Source: an uncultured delta proteobacterium (GTDB taxonomy: Bacteria > Desulfobacterota > Syntrophia > Syntrophales > UBA5619). From it: DNA of 64,000 bases. Numbering within the stretch: the stretch's first letter is position 1; the number at the start of each line of letters is the position of its first letter. The notes under the pieces were generated by a model. That model did no database searches and was not told the DNA's origin. It saw nothing but the letters and a program-made list of their open reading frames with translations. The translations under genes were made by a program, and so were the position numbers. Location of the stretch: NCBI GenBank assembly GCA_963817385.1, contig CAWFOM010000010.1:64001-128000 (forward strand), written 5' to 3'. This document shows positions 24,612 to 35,071 of this stretch, in pieces.

Positions 24612-25823
24612 TTGAATGAGGTCAAGAGAGTGGTTCTCGCCTATTCGGGGGGACTCGATACATCGGTCATTGTACGCTGGCTCATTGAGACCTACCACTG
24701 TGAGGTAATCGCCTTTGCCGCCGACATCGGCCAGAAGGAGGAGCTGACGGGACTCAGGGAAAAAGCGATCAAGACGGGGGCCTCCAAGATTTATATCGAC
24801 GATCTCCAGGAGGAGTTCGCCCGGGAGTTTGTTTTCCCGGCCCTCCGGGCGAATGCCATTTATGAGGGGACCTATCTTCTGGGAACCTCTCTTGCCCGGC
24901 CGCTCATCGCAAAAAGGCAATTGGAGATTGCGAAGCTCGAAGGTGCCGATGCGGTCTGTCACGGCGCCACGGGTAAGGGGAACGACCAGGTGCGGTTCGA
25001 ACTGACCTATATCGCCCTCAATCCCGCCATTCGGATCATCTCGGCTTGGAAAGACGAACACTGGACCTTCGACTCGCGGGCCTCGATGATCGACTATGCC
25101 GAGAAACACGGGATCCCCATTCCGCTGACGCGGGAGAAGCCTTACAGCAGCGACCGGAATCTCCTGCACATCTCCCATGAGGGAGGGATTCTCGAGGATC
25201 CCTGGGCCGAACCGAAGGAGGACATGTTCGTCCTCACCGCCTCCCCGGAAACGGCGCCGGACAAGCCCACCTATGTGGAGATCGGATTCGAGCGGGGAAA
25301 CCCCGTGACCGTTGACGACAAGGCCATGACGCCGGCCAAGCTTCTGGATCACCTGAACCGGATCGCGGGCGAAAACGGCATCGGTCGCGTGGATATGGTG
25401 GAGAACCGCTTCGTCGGCATGAAGTCGCGCGGGGTCTATGAGACGCCCGGAGGTACCGCGCTCTGGGCCGCCCACCGAGCCGTCGAGTCGATCACGATGG
25501 ATCGCGAGGTCATGATGATGCGTGATTCCCTCATCCCGAAATACGCCCAGCTTGTCTACAACGGTTTCTGGTATGCCCCGGAGATGGTCGTTCTCCAGCG
25601 GTTCATCGATGAAACGCAGGAAGGGGTGACGGGAACGGCCCGTCTCAAGTTATACAAGGGAAACTGTATCGTAGTCGGGAGAAAGTCGCCCTTTTCCCTC
25701 TACAGCGAAGATTTTGCCACCTTCGAAAAGGATCAGGTTTACGATCAGAAGGATGCGACGGGCTTCATCCGCCTCAACGCCCTTCGCCTGCGGATCAAAG
25801 CGATGATGAATGCCGCGCGGTGA
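24612..25823 (+). CDS. argG: Argininosuccinate synthase
   Basis: [10 protein letters not shown] and [16 protein letters not shown] start. Confidence 0.96.
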   Translation: MNEVKRVVLAYSGGLDTSVIVRWLIETYHCEVIAFAADIGQKEELTGLREKAIKTGASKIYIDDLQEEFAREFVFPALRANAIYEGTYLLGTSLARPLIAKRQLEIAKLEGADAVCHGATGKGNDQVRFELTYIALNPAIRIISAWKDEHWTFDSRASMIDYAEKHGIPIPLTREKPYSSDRNLLHISHEGGILEDPWAEPKEDMFVLTASPETAPDKPTYVEIGFERGNPVTVDDKAMTPAKLLDHLNRIAGENGIGRVDMVENRFVGMKSRGVYETPGGTALWAAHRAVESITMDREVMMMRDSLIPKYAQLVYNGFWYAPEMVVLQRFIDETQEGVTGTARLKLYKGNCIVVGRKSPFSLYSEDFATFEKDQVYDQKDATGFIRLNALRLRIKAMMNAAR

Positions 25824-25891
25824 ATGGCGGAGAAGCGAAACGGTACCGGATTGCGATAATGCAAAAACGCTCAACCAAACGGCATGATACA

Positions 25892-27271
25892 ATGGTGAAA
25901 ACGCAGGATAAGCTATGGGGCGGCAGGTTCAGTGAGCCGACAGACCGGGAAGTGGAGGCATTTACGTCATCGCTCCATTATGACCGGCGCTTGTCCCGGT
26001 TCGATATCGAAGGGAGCATCGCCCACGCCAGAATGCTCGCGAAACAGGGGATCATCAGCAAGGCAGAATCACAGGCGATCGTGGGCGGGCTGCGGAGGAT
26101 CCACGACGACATCGAGGGCGGGAATTTTTCTTTTCACCCCGATGACGAAGATATCCACATGGCAATCGAGAAGGCCCTAAGCGGCCTTATCGGGGAAACC
26201 GCCGGCAAACTGCATACCGCAAGGAGCCGAAACGATCAGATCGCCCTCGATATCCGACTCTACCTGCGGGATGAGATCGGCCGGACGAGGCGGCTCGTTG
26301 CAGAGCTTAAATCGGGGTTCCTTGACCTGGCGAAGAAGGAGTGCGGCGTCATCCTTCCCGGATATACCCACATGCAGAAAGCGCAGCCGGTTCTCCTTGC
26401 CCATTATCTGCTTGCCTTCTGGGAGATGCTGGATCGGGACGGAGCGCGCCTCCGGGACTGCATCAAGCGAGTGAATGTCATGCCGCTCGGGTCGGCCGCC
26501 CTCGCGGGGACGTCTCTCCCTATCGACCGGCACTACGTCGCCCGCCTCCTTCATTTTCCCACGGTCACCGAAAATAGCATGGATAGCGTCTCCGATCGGG
26601 ATTTTGTCGCGGAATTTGTCTTTGCCGCCTCACTCATCATGATGCATCTGAGCAGATTCTGTGAGGACATCGTCCTGTGGTCCAGCGATGAATTCGGTTA
26701 TGTGGAGATCGCAGACGCCTTCACGACGGGAAGCAGTATTATGCCCCAGAAAAAGAACCCGGACGTGGCGGAACTGATCCGGGGGAAAACAGGCCGCGTT
26801 TACGGTCACCTCGTAGCCCTGCTCACGATCCTCAAGGGTCTGCCCATGACCTATAACCGGGATCTTCAGGAGGACAAGGAGCCCCTTTTCGATACGGTCG
26901 ACACGCTGCAGGCGTGTCTAAAGGTTCTCACCGCGATGATCGGCCATCTCTCCTTCAAGCGGACGAGGATGGAAGCGGGGGCGGCAGGGGGATTCTCTAC
27001 CGCAACGGATGTCGCCGAATACCTGGTTATGAAGAAGGTGCCGTTCCGCGAGGCCCATGGCATTGTCGGAAAGCTGGTGGCTTTCTGCATTCGGAAAAAA
27101 AAGACGCTCTCGGCTCTCACGCTGACGGAACTCCGAAAATTTCATCCGGGATTCGAAAAAGATCTTTTCGATTGTTTGACGGTCAGACAGTCGGTCAATG
27201 CGCGGAGCGCGACCGGCGGTACGGCAGAGGAGACGGTCCGCACAAGGATCAGGGAGATCGAGGGCGGATGA
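25892..27271 (+). CDS. argH: Argininosuccinate lyase
   Basis: LWGGRF, HTARSRNDQ and GSSIMPQKKNPD. Start chosen at ATG 25892; the ORF is open from 25820. Confidence 0.95.
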   Translation: MVKTQDKLWGGRFSEPTDREVEAFTSSLHYDRRLSRFDIEGSIAHARMLAKQGIISKAESQAIVGGLRRIHDDIEGGNFSFHPDDEDIHMAIEKALSGLIGETAGKLHTARSRNDQIALDIRLYLRDEIGRTRRLVAELKSGFLDLAKKECGVILPGYTHMQKAQPVLLAHYLLAFWEMLDRDGARLRDCIKRVNVMPLGSAALAGTSLPIDRHYVARLLHFPTVTENSMDSVSDRDFVAEFVFAASLIMMHLSRFCEDIVLWSSDEFGYVEIADAFTTGSSIMPQKKNPDVAELIRGKTGRVYGHLVALLTILKGLPMTYNRDLQEDKEPLFDTVDTLQACLKVLTAMIGHLSFKRTRMEAGAAGGFSTATDVAEYLVMKKVPFREAHGIVGKLVAFCIRKKKTLSALTLTELRKFHPGFEKDLFDCLTVRQSVNARSATGGTAEETVRTRIREIEGG

Positions 27272-27720
27272 GACGAAACCGACTTCTCCTCGGTTCGTTG
27301 ACCGGGATTATCATGCTGTCGCTTTTCTGCATGGGATGCGGCAAGAAGGACGACCCGATGCCTCCGCAGATAAGACTGCCGGTCATTACCGATCTCGGCG
27401 TTCATTCCCTCCAGGAGGGGATTGTTCTTGGCTGGTCGTTGATCGGCCCCACCGACGACCTCGGCGGGTTCAAGATCATCCGGAGCGAAACGATCGATGG
27501 AAGCCGCGCATGCCCGGGATGTCCGCAGGATTATCACCCCTTCGGGACGGTAGCCCTTGCCGATGACCGCCTGAAACGCGAAGAAGGAAAGAGATTCCGA
27601 TATGTCGATACCGACGTCAGGGCCGGGGGGTTCTATTCCTACCGGATCGCGGTGTGCAATCGCACAGGAAATTGCGGCGAGGCGTCAAACGAGTCCGGCA
27701 TGATCCATACGGGCCGCTGA
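27268..27720 (+). CDS. Lipoprotein with lipobox CGKK..P.PP and an FN3-like domain
   Basis: ATGA overlap with argH. Signal peptide ending MGC followed by GKKDDPMPP; YVDTDV..G.FYSYRI beta-sandwich-like pattern. Confidence 0.75.
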   Translation: MRRNRLLLGSLTGIIMLSLFCMGCGKKDDPMPPQIRLPVITDLGVHSLQEGIVLGWSLIGPTDDLGGFKIIRSETIDGSRACPGCPQDYHPFGTVALADDRLKREEGKRFRYVDTDVRAGGFYSYRIAVCNRTGNCGEASNESGMIHTGR

Positions 27721-27751
27721 GTGTTCTTGCAGGAACGAAGAGAAAGGACCC

Positions 27752-29011
27752 ATGAATTACTTCAACTTTCAGGATGACAACCTCTTTTGTGAGGAAGTCC
27801 CGGTTCAGAAAATCGCCCGGGAGGTGGGCACCCCTCTGTATCTTTACAGCCACCGGACGCTTCTGCACCACTTCCGGGTCTTCGACGCCGCTTTCGCGGA
27901 TGTGCCTCACATCGTCTGCTTTGCCGTTAAGGCCAATTCGAACACATCAATCCTCCGGATCTTCGTCCGCGAAGGGGGCGGGATGGACCTCGTCTCCGGC
28001 GGGGAGCTCTATCGCGCCCTGAAAGCCGGCGCAGACCCGGGGAAAATCGTTTATTCCGGGGTGGGAAAACGCGATGATGAGATCGATTATGCCCTCAAAA
28101 CAGGCATCCTTATGTTCAATGTCGAGTCCGACCAGGAACTGGAGACTATCAACGCCCGGGCGGGTGCGATGGGCGTCCGGGCGGGTATCGGGCTCAGGGT
28201 CAACCCGGATGTGGATCCGCAGACCCATCCCCATATTTCAACGGGTCTTAAGGAAAACAAATTCGGCATCGACATTGAGGGTTCCCTCAGAGCCTACCGG
28301 CGCTCTGCCGCATTGCGCAATCTGGATATCAAAGGGGTGAGTTGTCACATCGGTTCACAGATAACAAAAATCGCTCCCTTTATCGATGCCCTTGGACGGC
28401 TTCGGGAACTGATCCGGAGCCTTCGAGACGAGGGAATTGCGATTCGCTATCTCGATCTCGGCGGCGGCCTCGGCATCACTTACAACCAGGAAGCTCCCCC
28501 CCACCCCTCGGAATATGCAAGGGCGATCATCGACGCCGCGAAGGGGATGGACTGCACGTTTATCTTTGAGCCGGGCCGGGTGGTTGTCGGAAACGCCGGT
28601 ATCCTGGTTGCACGGGTCCTCTACACGAAGGGAAATGAAGGGAAACGGTTTATTATCGTCGATGCCGGGATGAACGATCTGATCCGTCCGAGCCTCTACG
28701 GTTCCTACCAACAGATCCTGCCGGTTGTCATGAAGGAGAGGGGAGAGATCACCGCAGACGTTGTCGGTCCGATCTGCGAATCAGGCGATTTTCTGGCAAA
28801 GGGACGACAGTTGCCCGCCATGGAACGGGATGAACTCATCGCGGTGATGAGCGCTGGCGCCTATGGTTTCAGCATGTCGTCCAACTACAATTCGCGCCCC
28901 CGGGTACCGGAGGTTCTGGTCAGGGACGACCGCTATTATGTGATCCGTAAGAGGGAGAGCTACGAGGATCTGATCCGTGGTGAAAAGATACCGGAATTTA
29001 TGAATCGTTAA
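27752..29011 (+). CDS. lysA: Diaminopimelate decarboxylase
   Basis: FAVKAN, HIGSQ, EPGR, GPICES and SNYNSR. Confidence 0.96.
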   Translation: MNYFNFQDDNLFCEEVPVQKIAREVGTPLYLYSHRTLLHHFRVFDAAFADVPHIVCFAVKANSNTSILRIFVREGGGMDLVSGGELYRALKAGADPGKIVYSGVGKRDDEIDYALKTGILMFNVESDQELETINARAGAMGVRAGIGLRVNPDVDPQTHPHISTGLKENKFGIDIEGSLRAYRRSAALRNLDIKGVSCHIGSQITKIAPFIDALGRLRELIRSLRDEGIAIRYLDLGGGLGITYNQEAPPHPSEYARAIIDAAKGMDCTFIFEPGRVVVGNAGILVARVLYTKGNEGKRFIIVDAGMNDLIRPSLYGSYQQILPVVMKERGEITADVVGPICESGDFLAKGRQLPAMERDELIAVMSAGAYGFSMSSNYNSRPRVPEVLVRDDRYYVIRKRESYEDLIRGEKIPEFMNR

Positions 29012-29031
29012 AGATAAATCAAGGAGGAGTT

Positions 29032-29907
29032 ATGTTTGGAGGCGCAATAGTCGCAATCGTTACGCCATTTAGGAATGGAAAAGTTGATGAGGAAGCGCTC
29101 AGGAAACTCATCGATGAACAAATCGCTGCCGGTACGGATGGCATTGCCCCCTGCGGCACGACCGGGGAATCGACCACCCTGTCCCATGAGGAACATGACC
29201 GCGTGATCGAAATCACGATCGATGCGGTGCGAAAACGGGTGCCGGTCATTGCCGGGACCGGTTCCAACAGCACGGCAGAGGCCCTTCGTCTGACGCGGCA
29301 CGCATGGGAAGCAGGCGCTGACGGCGCTCTGATCGTCTGTCCCTATTACAACCGCCCGACCCAGGAGGGGCTCTGTCAGCACTACCGGACCATTGCGGAA
29401 GAGGTTCCGATACCGATCATTATCTACAACATTCCCAGTCGGACGGGAACGAATCTTCTGCCGGAGAATCTGGCAAAACTTGCGAAAATCCCGAACATCG
29501 TCGGGGTAAAGGAGGCCTCCGGTTCCCTCAAACAGATGAGCGATGTGATCCAGTTGTGCGGACCGGAATTCGATGTGCTTTCCGGGGATGACATATTTAC
29601 CCTGGCGCTCCTCGCCATCGGCGGTAAAGGCGTCATCTCCGTCATCTCCAACGTCGCACCGGGTGATATGGCGGCGATGGTCGATGCATTTGCCGCCGGG
29701 GATCTGGGAAAGGCCCGCTCGCTCCATTATCGGATGAGCCCCTTGATCGATGCCCTGTTTATCGAAACGAATCCCATACCGGTCAAGGCTGCTCTTTCCC
29801 TTATGGGGAAAATCGAGTATGAATTGAGGCTGCCCCTTTGCAGGATGACGGCCAAGAACGAAGAGTTCTTGAAAAAGGTGATGCAGAGCTACGGCTTGAT
29901 TCAGTAG
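29032..29907 (+). CDS. dapA: 4-hydroxy-tetrahydrodipicolinate synthase
   Basis: GTTGE, YNIPSRT, GVKEASG and ETNPIPVK. Confidence 0.96.
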   Translation: MFGGAIVAIVTPFRNGKVDEEALRKLIDEQIAAGTDGIAPCGTTGESTTLSHEEHDRVIEITIDAVRKRVPVIAGTGSNSTAEALRLTRHAWEAGADGALIVCPYYNRPTQEGLCQHYRTIAEEVPIPIIIYNIPSRTGTNLLPENLAKLAKIPNIVGVKEASGSLKQMSDVIQLCGPEFDVLSGDDIFTLALLAIGGKGVISVISNVAPGDMAAMVDAFAAGDLGKARSLHYRMSPLIDALFIETNPIPVKAALSLMGKIEYELRLPLCRMTAKNEEFLKKVMQSYGLIQ

Positions 29908-29919
29908 GAGGTCCCAAGA

Positions 29920-30729
29920 ATGCTCAAGGCTATTGTGACCGGCGCCGGCGGCCGGATGGGAGGGCGGATTATCAGCCTTCTTGCGACGACCGACGGGATT
30001 GAGCTGGCCGGCGCCGTGGAAAGAAAGGGACACCCCCTGATCGGAAGGGATGTCGGCGAGGGGCTCGGCCTCGGCCGGATCGGAGTCCTCATCGAGGACG
30101 ATCTTGTCGGATGCATCGGGCGCGGGGACGTCGTAATCGATTTCACCTCCCACGACGTCTCCGCCGATCACCTGCAGATCGCAGCCGCAAACGGTCGGGC
30201 CATGGTGATCGGCAGCACGGGCTTTACGGTCGACGAGATGAAGAAAATCCGCGAGCGGGCGGGTGACGTCCGGTGCGTCCTCGCCCCGAACATGAGCATC
30301 GGGGTGACAGTCCTGATGAAAGTCCTGGCCGATGTCGCCCGGACACTCGGCGCTGATTACGATATTGAGATTATCGAGGCGCACCATAACATGAAGAAGG
30401 ACGCCCCGAGCGGCACGGCGCTGAAGATGGCGCAGGTCATCGCGGAGAGTCTCGGGCGCGATCTCGAACGGGTCGGCGTCTACTGCAGAAAGGGGATGAT
30501 CGGTGAACGGACGAAGCCGGAGATCGGGATCCAGACGCTCCGGGCGGGGGACATCGTGGGAGACCATACGGTGATATTCGGCGGGATGGGTGAGAGACTG
30601 GAATTTATCCACCGCGCCCACAGCCGGGATAATTTTGCCCGCGGGGCTATCCGGGCGGCCCTGTGGGTGGCCGGCAGGGAAAACGGAATCTACGACATGC
30701 AGGATGTCCTTGGGTTGAGGGCGGGGTAG
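29920..30729 (+). CDS. dapB: 4-hydroxy-tetrahydrodipicolinate reductase
   Basis: GAGGRMG and EAHHNMKKDAPSGTA. Confidence 0.96.
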   Translation: MLKAIVTGAGGRMGGRIISLLATTDGIELAGAVERKGHPLIGRDVGEGLGLGRIGVLIEDDLVGCIGRGDVVIDFTSHDVSADHLQIAAANGRAMVIGSTGFTVDEMKKIRERAGDVRCVLAPNMSIGVTVLMKVLADVARTLGADYDIEIIEAHHNMKKDAPSGTALKMAQVIAESLGRDLERVGVYCRKGMIGERTKPEIGIQTLRAGDIVGDHTVIFGGMGERLEFIHRAHSRDNFARGAIRAALWVAGRENGIYDMQDVLGLRAG

Positions 30730-30740
30730 CGAGGTTTTCA

Positions 30741-31307
30741 ATGGAGTTCCCGTGTCAGGCGGGCGGAGAAATCCGAGGGGTTATTGCCTTTATCGGGATC
30801 GGATCAAATCAGGGAAACCCGGCCGATGCCTGTCGGGAGGCGGTGCGGAAACTATCGGACGCTTGCGAGGTCAGGTTGTTGCGCTGCTCGTCCCTGTACC
30901 GGACGGAACCGGTGGGACCACAAGACCAACCGTGGTTCGTTAATACTGTTGCGGAGATCAGAACATCCCTCCCGCCCCGACCGTTGTTTGAAATATTAAA
31001 AGAGATAGAACGGCGGATGGGCAGGACCGAAGGGCCGAAGTGGGGGCCGCGGCTCATCGATCTGGATCTTCTCCTATACGGCCAGGAGGTCGTAAATGAG
31101 CGCGACCTGGTCATTCCTCACCCGGAGCTGCACCGGCGGCGTTTTGTCCTCGTTCCCCTCTGCGAACTCGCTTCCTATATGATCCATCCCGCCTTCGGCG
31201 TTTCTTCGCGCGGGCTCCTGGAACGTCTGGAGGATACGTGTCGTGTGGAAAGTTATGATTCGGCGGTTGCAGCAGGGGAGGATAAGAACGGCATATCAAA
31301 AAGGTGA
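30741..31307 (+). CDS. folK: 2-amino-4-hydroxy-6-hydroxymethyldihydropteridine diphosphokinase
   Basis: IGIGSN, WGPRLIDLDLL and IPHPELHRRRFVL. Start uncertain. Confidence 0.93.
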   Translation: MEFPCQAGGEIRGVIAFIGIGSNQGNPADACREAVRKLSDACEVRLLRCSSLYRTEPVGPQDQPWFVNTVAEIRTSLPPRPLFEILKEIERRMGRTEGPKWGPRLIDLDLLLYGQEVVNERDLVIPHPELHRRRFVLVPLCELASYMIHPAFGVSSRGLLERLEDTCRVESYDSAVAAGEDKNGISKR

Positions 31308-31333
31308 GCATGGATGTTGTTGAAGGATGAACG

Positions 31334-31582
31334 ATGATACTACGATTGATAATCGGCATACTAGTGGTTTATTTCCTGTATAAGCTGATCAGGGGATGGA
31401 AGGCAATCCAGGGGCACTCCCAGAAGAATATTCCCGTCACCGGAGAGGATTTGGTGGAGGACCCCCTCTGCCATGCATATGTTCCCATCAGCAACGCTTG
31501 CAGAATATCGATCAACGGGAAGAACCTCTATTTCTGCAGCCAGAAATGCCTTGACGAGTACCGGGAGCAAAGAAAAACATAG
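31334..31582 (+). CDS. Small membrane-anchored YHS/TRASH domain protein
   Basis: N-terminal TM helix and DPLC...YFCSQKC. Confidence 0.8.
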   Translation: MILRLIIGILVVYFLYKLIRGWKAIQGHSQKNIPVTGEDLVEDPLCHAYVPISNACRISINGKNLYFCSQKCLDEYREQRKT

Positions 31583-31629
31583 GACGGCGGTCCGGAAGAG
31601 ACACGGGGACGGTGAGGAGATCCCCTACT

Positions 31630-32235
31630 ATGATCGATTTTCTCATGCGTCTGTTTGATCGGCTACCCATCCCACCGGAGAAGAGGAGGATATTTAATCT
31701 TCCCAATACCATTTCGATGCTCCGAATCGGGGTCATCCCCGTACTTTTTTTTCTCCTTCTTTCACCGGGGCCTCTCATGAGCCTTGTCATCGCGGTGCTG
31801 TTCATCGCAGCGGCCCTGACCGATCTTCTGGACGGGTATATAGCCAGGAGATACCAGATTGTCACAACAATGGGTAAGTTTCTTGATCCCATCGCCGACA
31901 AACTGATCGTCAATACGGCGATGATCATGATGATTCCGATTGGCCGAATACCCGCCTGGATCGTCGCCATCATCGTCATCCGGGACTTCGCCGTTGACGG
32001 GATCAGAACCATCGCCTCATCCGAGGGTATCATCATCCAGGCAAGCCCGTTGGGAAAACGGAAAACCCTCTGTCAGATATTCGCCGTCTCGGCACTGATG
32101 ATCCATTACCCCTTCCTCGGTGCCGACGCCCATCTCGTCGGTATGGTGATTCTCTCCATCGCCCTGATCCTGACGATCATTTCCGGGGCCGAATATCTCG
32201 TTAAGTTTTACCGGACGAGCATCGGAAAAAATTAA
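31630..32235 (+). CDS. pgsA: CDP-diacylglycerol--glycerol-3-phosphate 3-phosphatidyltransferase
   Basis: NLPN.ISMLR and the CDP-alcohol motif TDLLDGYIAR...GKFLDPIADK. Confidence 0.92.
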   Translation: MIDFLMRLFDRLPIPPEKRRIFNLPNTISMLRIGVIPVLFFLLLSPGPLMSLVIAVLFIAAALTDLLDGYIARRYQIVTTMGKFLDPIADKLIVNTAMIMMIPIGRIPAWIVAIIVIRDFAVDGIRTIASSEGIIIQASPLGKRKTLCQIFAVSALMIHYPFLGADAHLVGMVILSIALILTIISGAEYLVKFYRTSIGKN

Positions 32236-32264
32236 TACAGATTCCGGGGAAAGCGGGATGAGAG

Positions 32265-33068
32265 ATGATCGATCCATCCACGGTAGACTATTCACCCTTT
32301 GATAAACCGGAAATATGCCGGCGTCTGTTTTATCCCCGGCGCGAATCAAATCTGGGGAAAGGAGATGGCGCCGAACGCCTCATGATTCCCGTGGCTCAGG
32401 ATGTGGCGGTGGGCGGCCTGTTTCACGAGTCGGGGAGGGAGGCCCCTACCATCCTCTTTTTTCACGGAAACGGGGAGATTGTCAGCGACTATGACGATGT
32501 CGGGACCATGTACCGCCGGTTGGGAATCAATTTTCTCCCGGTCGATTACCGTGGGTACGGATTCTCTTCGGGCAAGCCAACCGTCACGGCGATGATGGGC
32601 GACAGCCACCGGATTTTTCATTTTGTCGCCTCATGGCTCGTTGAACGGGAGTTTTCAGGTCCGATTGTGCTCATGGGGCGCTCCCTCGGAAGCGCCTCCG
32701 CAGTGGAGATCGCATTCCATTACGGGGAAGGGATTGCAGGTCTGATTATTGAAAGCGGCTTCGCCCGCATCCTCCCTTTGTTGAACCTGCTCGGCATCTA
32801 TGATCCTGGCCTCACCGAAGCGTCGGGACCACAGAATCTGGAAAAGATCAAACGGGTACAAAGACCGACGCTCATTATCCATGCTGAGAACGACCACATC
32901 ATCCCCTTAGCCGAGGGGGAAGACCTCTATACAGCTTCAGGCGCTACCGAGAAGAACATCGTTCGCATTCCGGGCGCCGACCACAATGATATCTTCTTTC
33001 AGGGGATGAAACCCTATCTGAGGGCGATTGGCAAGTTTGTTGAAATCGTTACGATACCGAGATTTTGA
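32265..33068 (+). CDS. Alpha/beta hydrolase
   Basis: FHGNG, DYRGYG, nucleophile elbow GRSLG, and D and H of the catalytic triad. Confidence 0.9.
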   Translation: MIDPSTVDYSPFDKPEICRRLFYPRRESNLGKGDGAERLMIPVAQDVAVGGLFHESGREAPTILFFHGNGEIVSDYDDVGTMYRRLGINFLPVDYRGYGFSSGKPTVTAMMGDSHRIFHFVASWLVEREFSGPIVLMGRSLGSASAVEIAFHYGEGIAGLIIESGFARILPLLNLLGIYDPGLTEASGPQNLEKIKRVQRPTLIIHAENDHIIPLAEGEDLYTASGATEKNIVRIPGADHNDIFFQGMKPYLRAIGKFVEIVTIPRF

Positions 33069-33096
33069 AGGGAAGCGGGGATTGGCAAGTTTTTTA

Positions 33097-33124
33097 TTGA
33101 CAAAAGGATTGTATTTGTTATAGT
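33097..33124 (+). promoter_or_regulatory. Sigma70-type promoter for tRNA-Gly/Cys
   Basis: TTGACA-16 nt-TATAGT with a TG extension and a GC-rich discriminator. Confidence 0.7.
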
Positions 33125-33144
33125 CACGCCCCATCACACCATGA

Positions 33145-33219
33145 GCGGGCGTAACTCAGTGGTAGAGTGCCACCTTGCCAAGGTGGACGTCGACGGTTCA
33201 AATCCGTTCGCCCGCTCCA
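33145..33219 (+). tRNA. tRNA-Gly(GCC)
   Basis: Cloverleaf, anticodon arm CCACC-TTGCCAA-GGTGG, TTC loop and encoded CCA. Confidence 0.96.
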
Positions 33220-33232
33220 TTTTTCCTCAAAG

Positions 33233-33308
33233 GGCGGCATAGCCAAGTGGCTAAGGCAGCGGTCTGCAAAACCGTTATTCCCCGGTTCAAGTCCGGGTGC
33301 CGCCTCCA
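33233..33308 (+). tRNA. tRNA-Cys(GCA)
   Basis: Acceptor stem GGCGGCA/TGCCGCC, anticodon loop CTGCAAA and CCA end. Confidence 0.96.
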
Positions 33309-33313
33309 ACTAT

Positions 33314-33352
33314 GAAAGGGGTCAGAGCTGCCGAGCTTGCCCCTTTTCTTTT
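33314..33352 (+). terminator. Probable intrinsic terminator after the tRNAs
   Basis: GAAAGGGG...AGCT/AGCT...CCCCTTTTCTTTT hairpin with T-tract. Confidence 0.55.
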
Positions 33353-33549
33353 ACGATCTTCCTGCTCTGCCGAGAAAGTCAAATTCTTCTGCGTTAATCC
33401 GGGGCAAAACAGGGAAGTTCCGCTGCGATTTCTTTCGGAATTGACTTTTAGTTAACCTGTGTTAATCTGCCGTCGAATTATGTGAGAGGAATTGGTGCGG
33501 ATATGAAGATGAAATGAACTTTTGTGGAGACCGTTACCAGGAGGGGCTT

Positions 33550-35061
33550 GTGAAGATTCAGGTGAGAAAAGGAAGCCTTGCGGAGATCCCGACGCAGGCG
33601 GCAATCGTAACCCGTTTCGAAGACGACGCACGTCTGGGCGGCGCGGCGGCAAAACTGGACAAGATGAGCGGGGGCTTGATCGGAGAAGTCATCGGCCAAG
33701 GAGACTTTACGGGCCGTCTGAATCGTCTCAGTGTGATCTATACGAGGGGGAGCATCCAGGCAAAGAGGATAGTCATCGTCGGATTGGGGAAGAGAGTGGA
33801 TTTCTCCTTGGAGAGATTGCGGGGGGCTTATGCCGCGGCGGCGCAGCATATCAGATCCCTCAACGTCAGCGAAATGTCCACCACTCTTGATTTCGGAACG
33901 GTGATCCCGCCGCTTGACCACATGGCCGAGGCTGTTGTGGAAGGAGTGATCCTCGGACTCTATCAGTTCACCCCCTTCAAGACCATCGATCGCGAGAATA
34001 TCCGTGAGATCTCCGAGTTTACGATCCTGGATACGGATGAAGCCTCCGTCAAGGTTATCAGGACGGCGGTCAAAACCGCAGAGATCATCGCCGGTGCGGT
34101 TGCATTTGCGAGAGATATCGTATCCACACCTGCCAATGAGATGACGCCAACCGATCTCGCAAACGAGGCAAGGGAGAGTGCCCGAGGAAAGAACATCCAG
34201 TGTAAAATTCTTGAAGCCGAGGAGATCCGCACCCTCGGGATGAATGCCCTGCTCGGCGTCGCTGCCGGCAGCGATCAGCCGCCGAAATTGATCATCTTGG
34301 AGTACCGGGGAGGGAAGAAATCTTCACCGGTCATCGCGCTGGTCGGCAAAGGTCTTACCTTCGACAGCGGCGGCATATCGATCAAACCGTCTGAAAAAAT
34401 GGACCAGATGAAGTCTGACATGGCAGGCGGGGCAGCGGTCATTGCAGCCATCCGCGCTGCCGCGGAGCTCGGCCTGCCGGTGAATCTGGTAGGCATCGTA
34501 CCTGCCACCGAGAATCTTCCCGGCGGAAAGGCCTACAAACCGGGCGATATTCTCAAGACTCTCTCCGGACAAACGGTCGAGGTCGTTACGACCGATGCCG
34601 AAGGCCGACTTATCCTTGCGGATGCTCTGACGTATGCCGGTCGATACAAGCCGGCTGCCATCATAGATCTGGCCACTCTCACGGGGGCCTGTATCATAGC
34701 CCTGGGTGATCATGTCATCGGCATGATGGGCACGGATGACGAACTGAAGCGGGAAATCCGGGAGGCTGCAGATCTCACCGGTGAGAGGGTGTGGGAACTG
34801 CCGCTATGGGAAGAGTATACAGAACTGATCAAGGGCGATGCAGCAGATTACAAGAATTCCGGAGGACGGGCCGGAGGGGCCATCACGGCCGGCGCCTTCC
34901 TGGAGAAATTTACCGGCGGTTACCCCTGGGTGCATCTGGACATCGCCGGCCCGGCATGGTTGACGAAGGAAAGGCCATACATTCCCAAGGGCGCATCGGG
35001 TGTGGGGGTTCGCCTCCTGGTCCGGTTTCTGAGAAACTGGTACAAAGAGGGAAAGATGTGA
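33550..35061 (+). CDS. pepA: Leucyl aminopeptidase (M17)
   Basis: [23 protein letters not shown] and HLDIAG. GTG start after GAGGGG. Confidence 0.95.
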   Translation: MKIQVRKGSLAEIPTQAAIVTRFEDDARLGGAAAKLDKMSGGLIGEVIGQGDFTGRLNRLSVIYTRGSIQAKRIVIVGLGKRVDFSLERLRGAYAAAAQHIRSLNVSEMSTTLDFGTVIPPLDHMAEAVVEGVILGLYQFTPFKTIDRENIREISEFTILDTDEASVKVIRTAVKTAEIIAGAVAFARDIVSTPANEMTPTDLANEARESARGKNIQCKILEAEEIRTLGMNALLGVAAGSDQPPKLIILEYRGGKKSSPVIALVGKGLTFDSGGISIKPSEKMDQMKSDMAGGAAVIAAIRAAAELGLPVNLVGIVPATENLPGGKAYKPGDILKTLSGQTVEVVTTDAEGRLILADALTYAGRYKPAAIIDLATLTGACIIALGDHVIGMMGTDDELKREIREAADLTGERVWELPLWEEYTELIKGDAADYKNSGGRAGGAITAGAFLEKFTGGYPWVHLDIAGPAWLTKERPYIPKGASGVGVRLLVRFLRNWYKEGKM

Positions 35062-35071
35062 CCGAGCTGAG

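Noticed and set aside
26914..27267. N-terminal 118 aa of ORF 26914-27720
   Set aside because: This part overlaps argH out of frame. The lipoprotein signal peptide begins at ATG 27268.
33124..33397. Small ORFs over tRNA loci (also 51414-51653)
   Set aside because: They are translations of tRNA genes.
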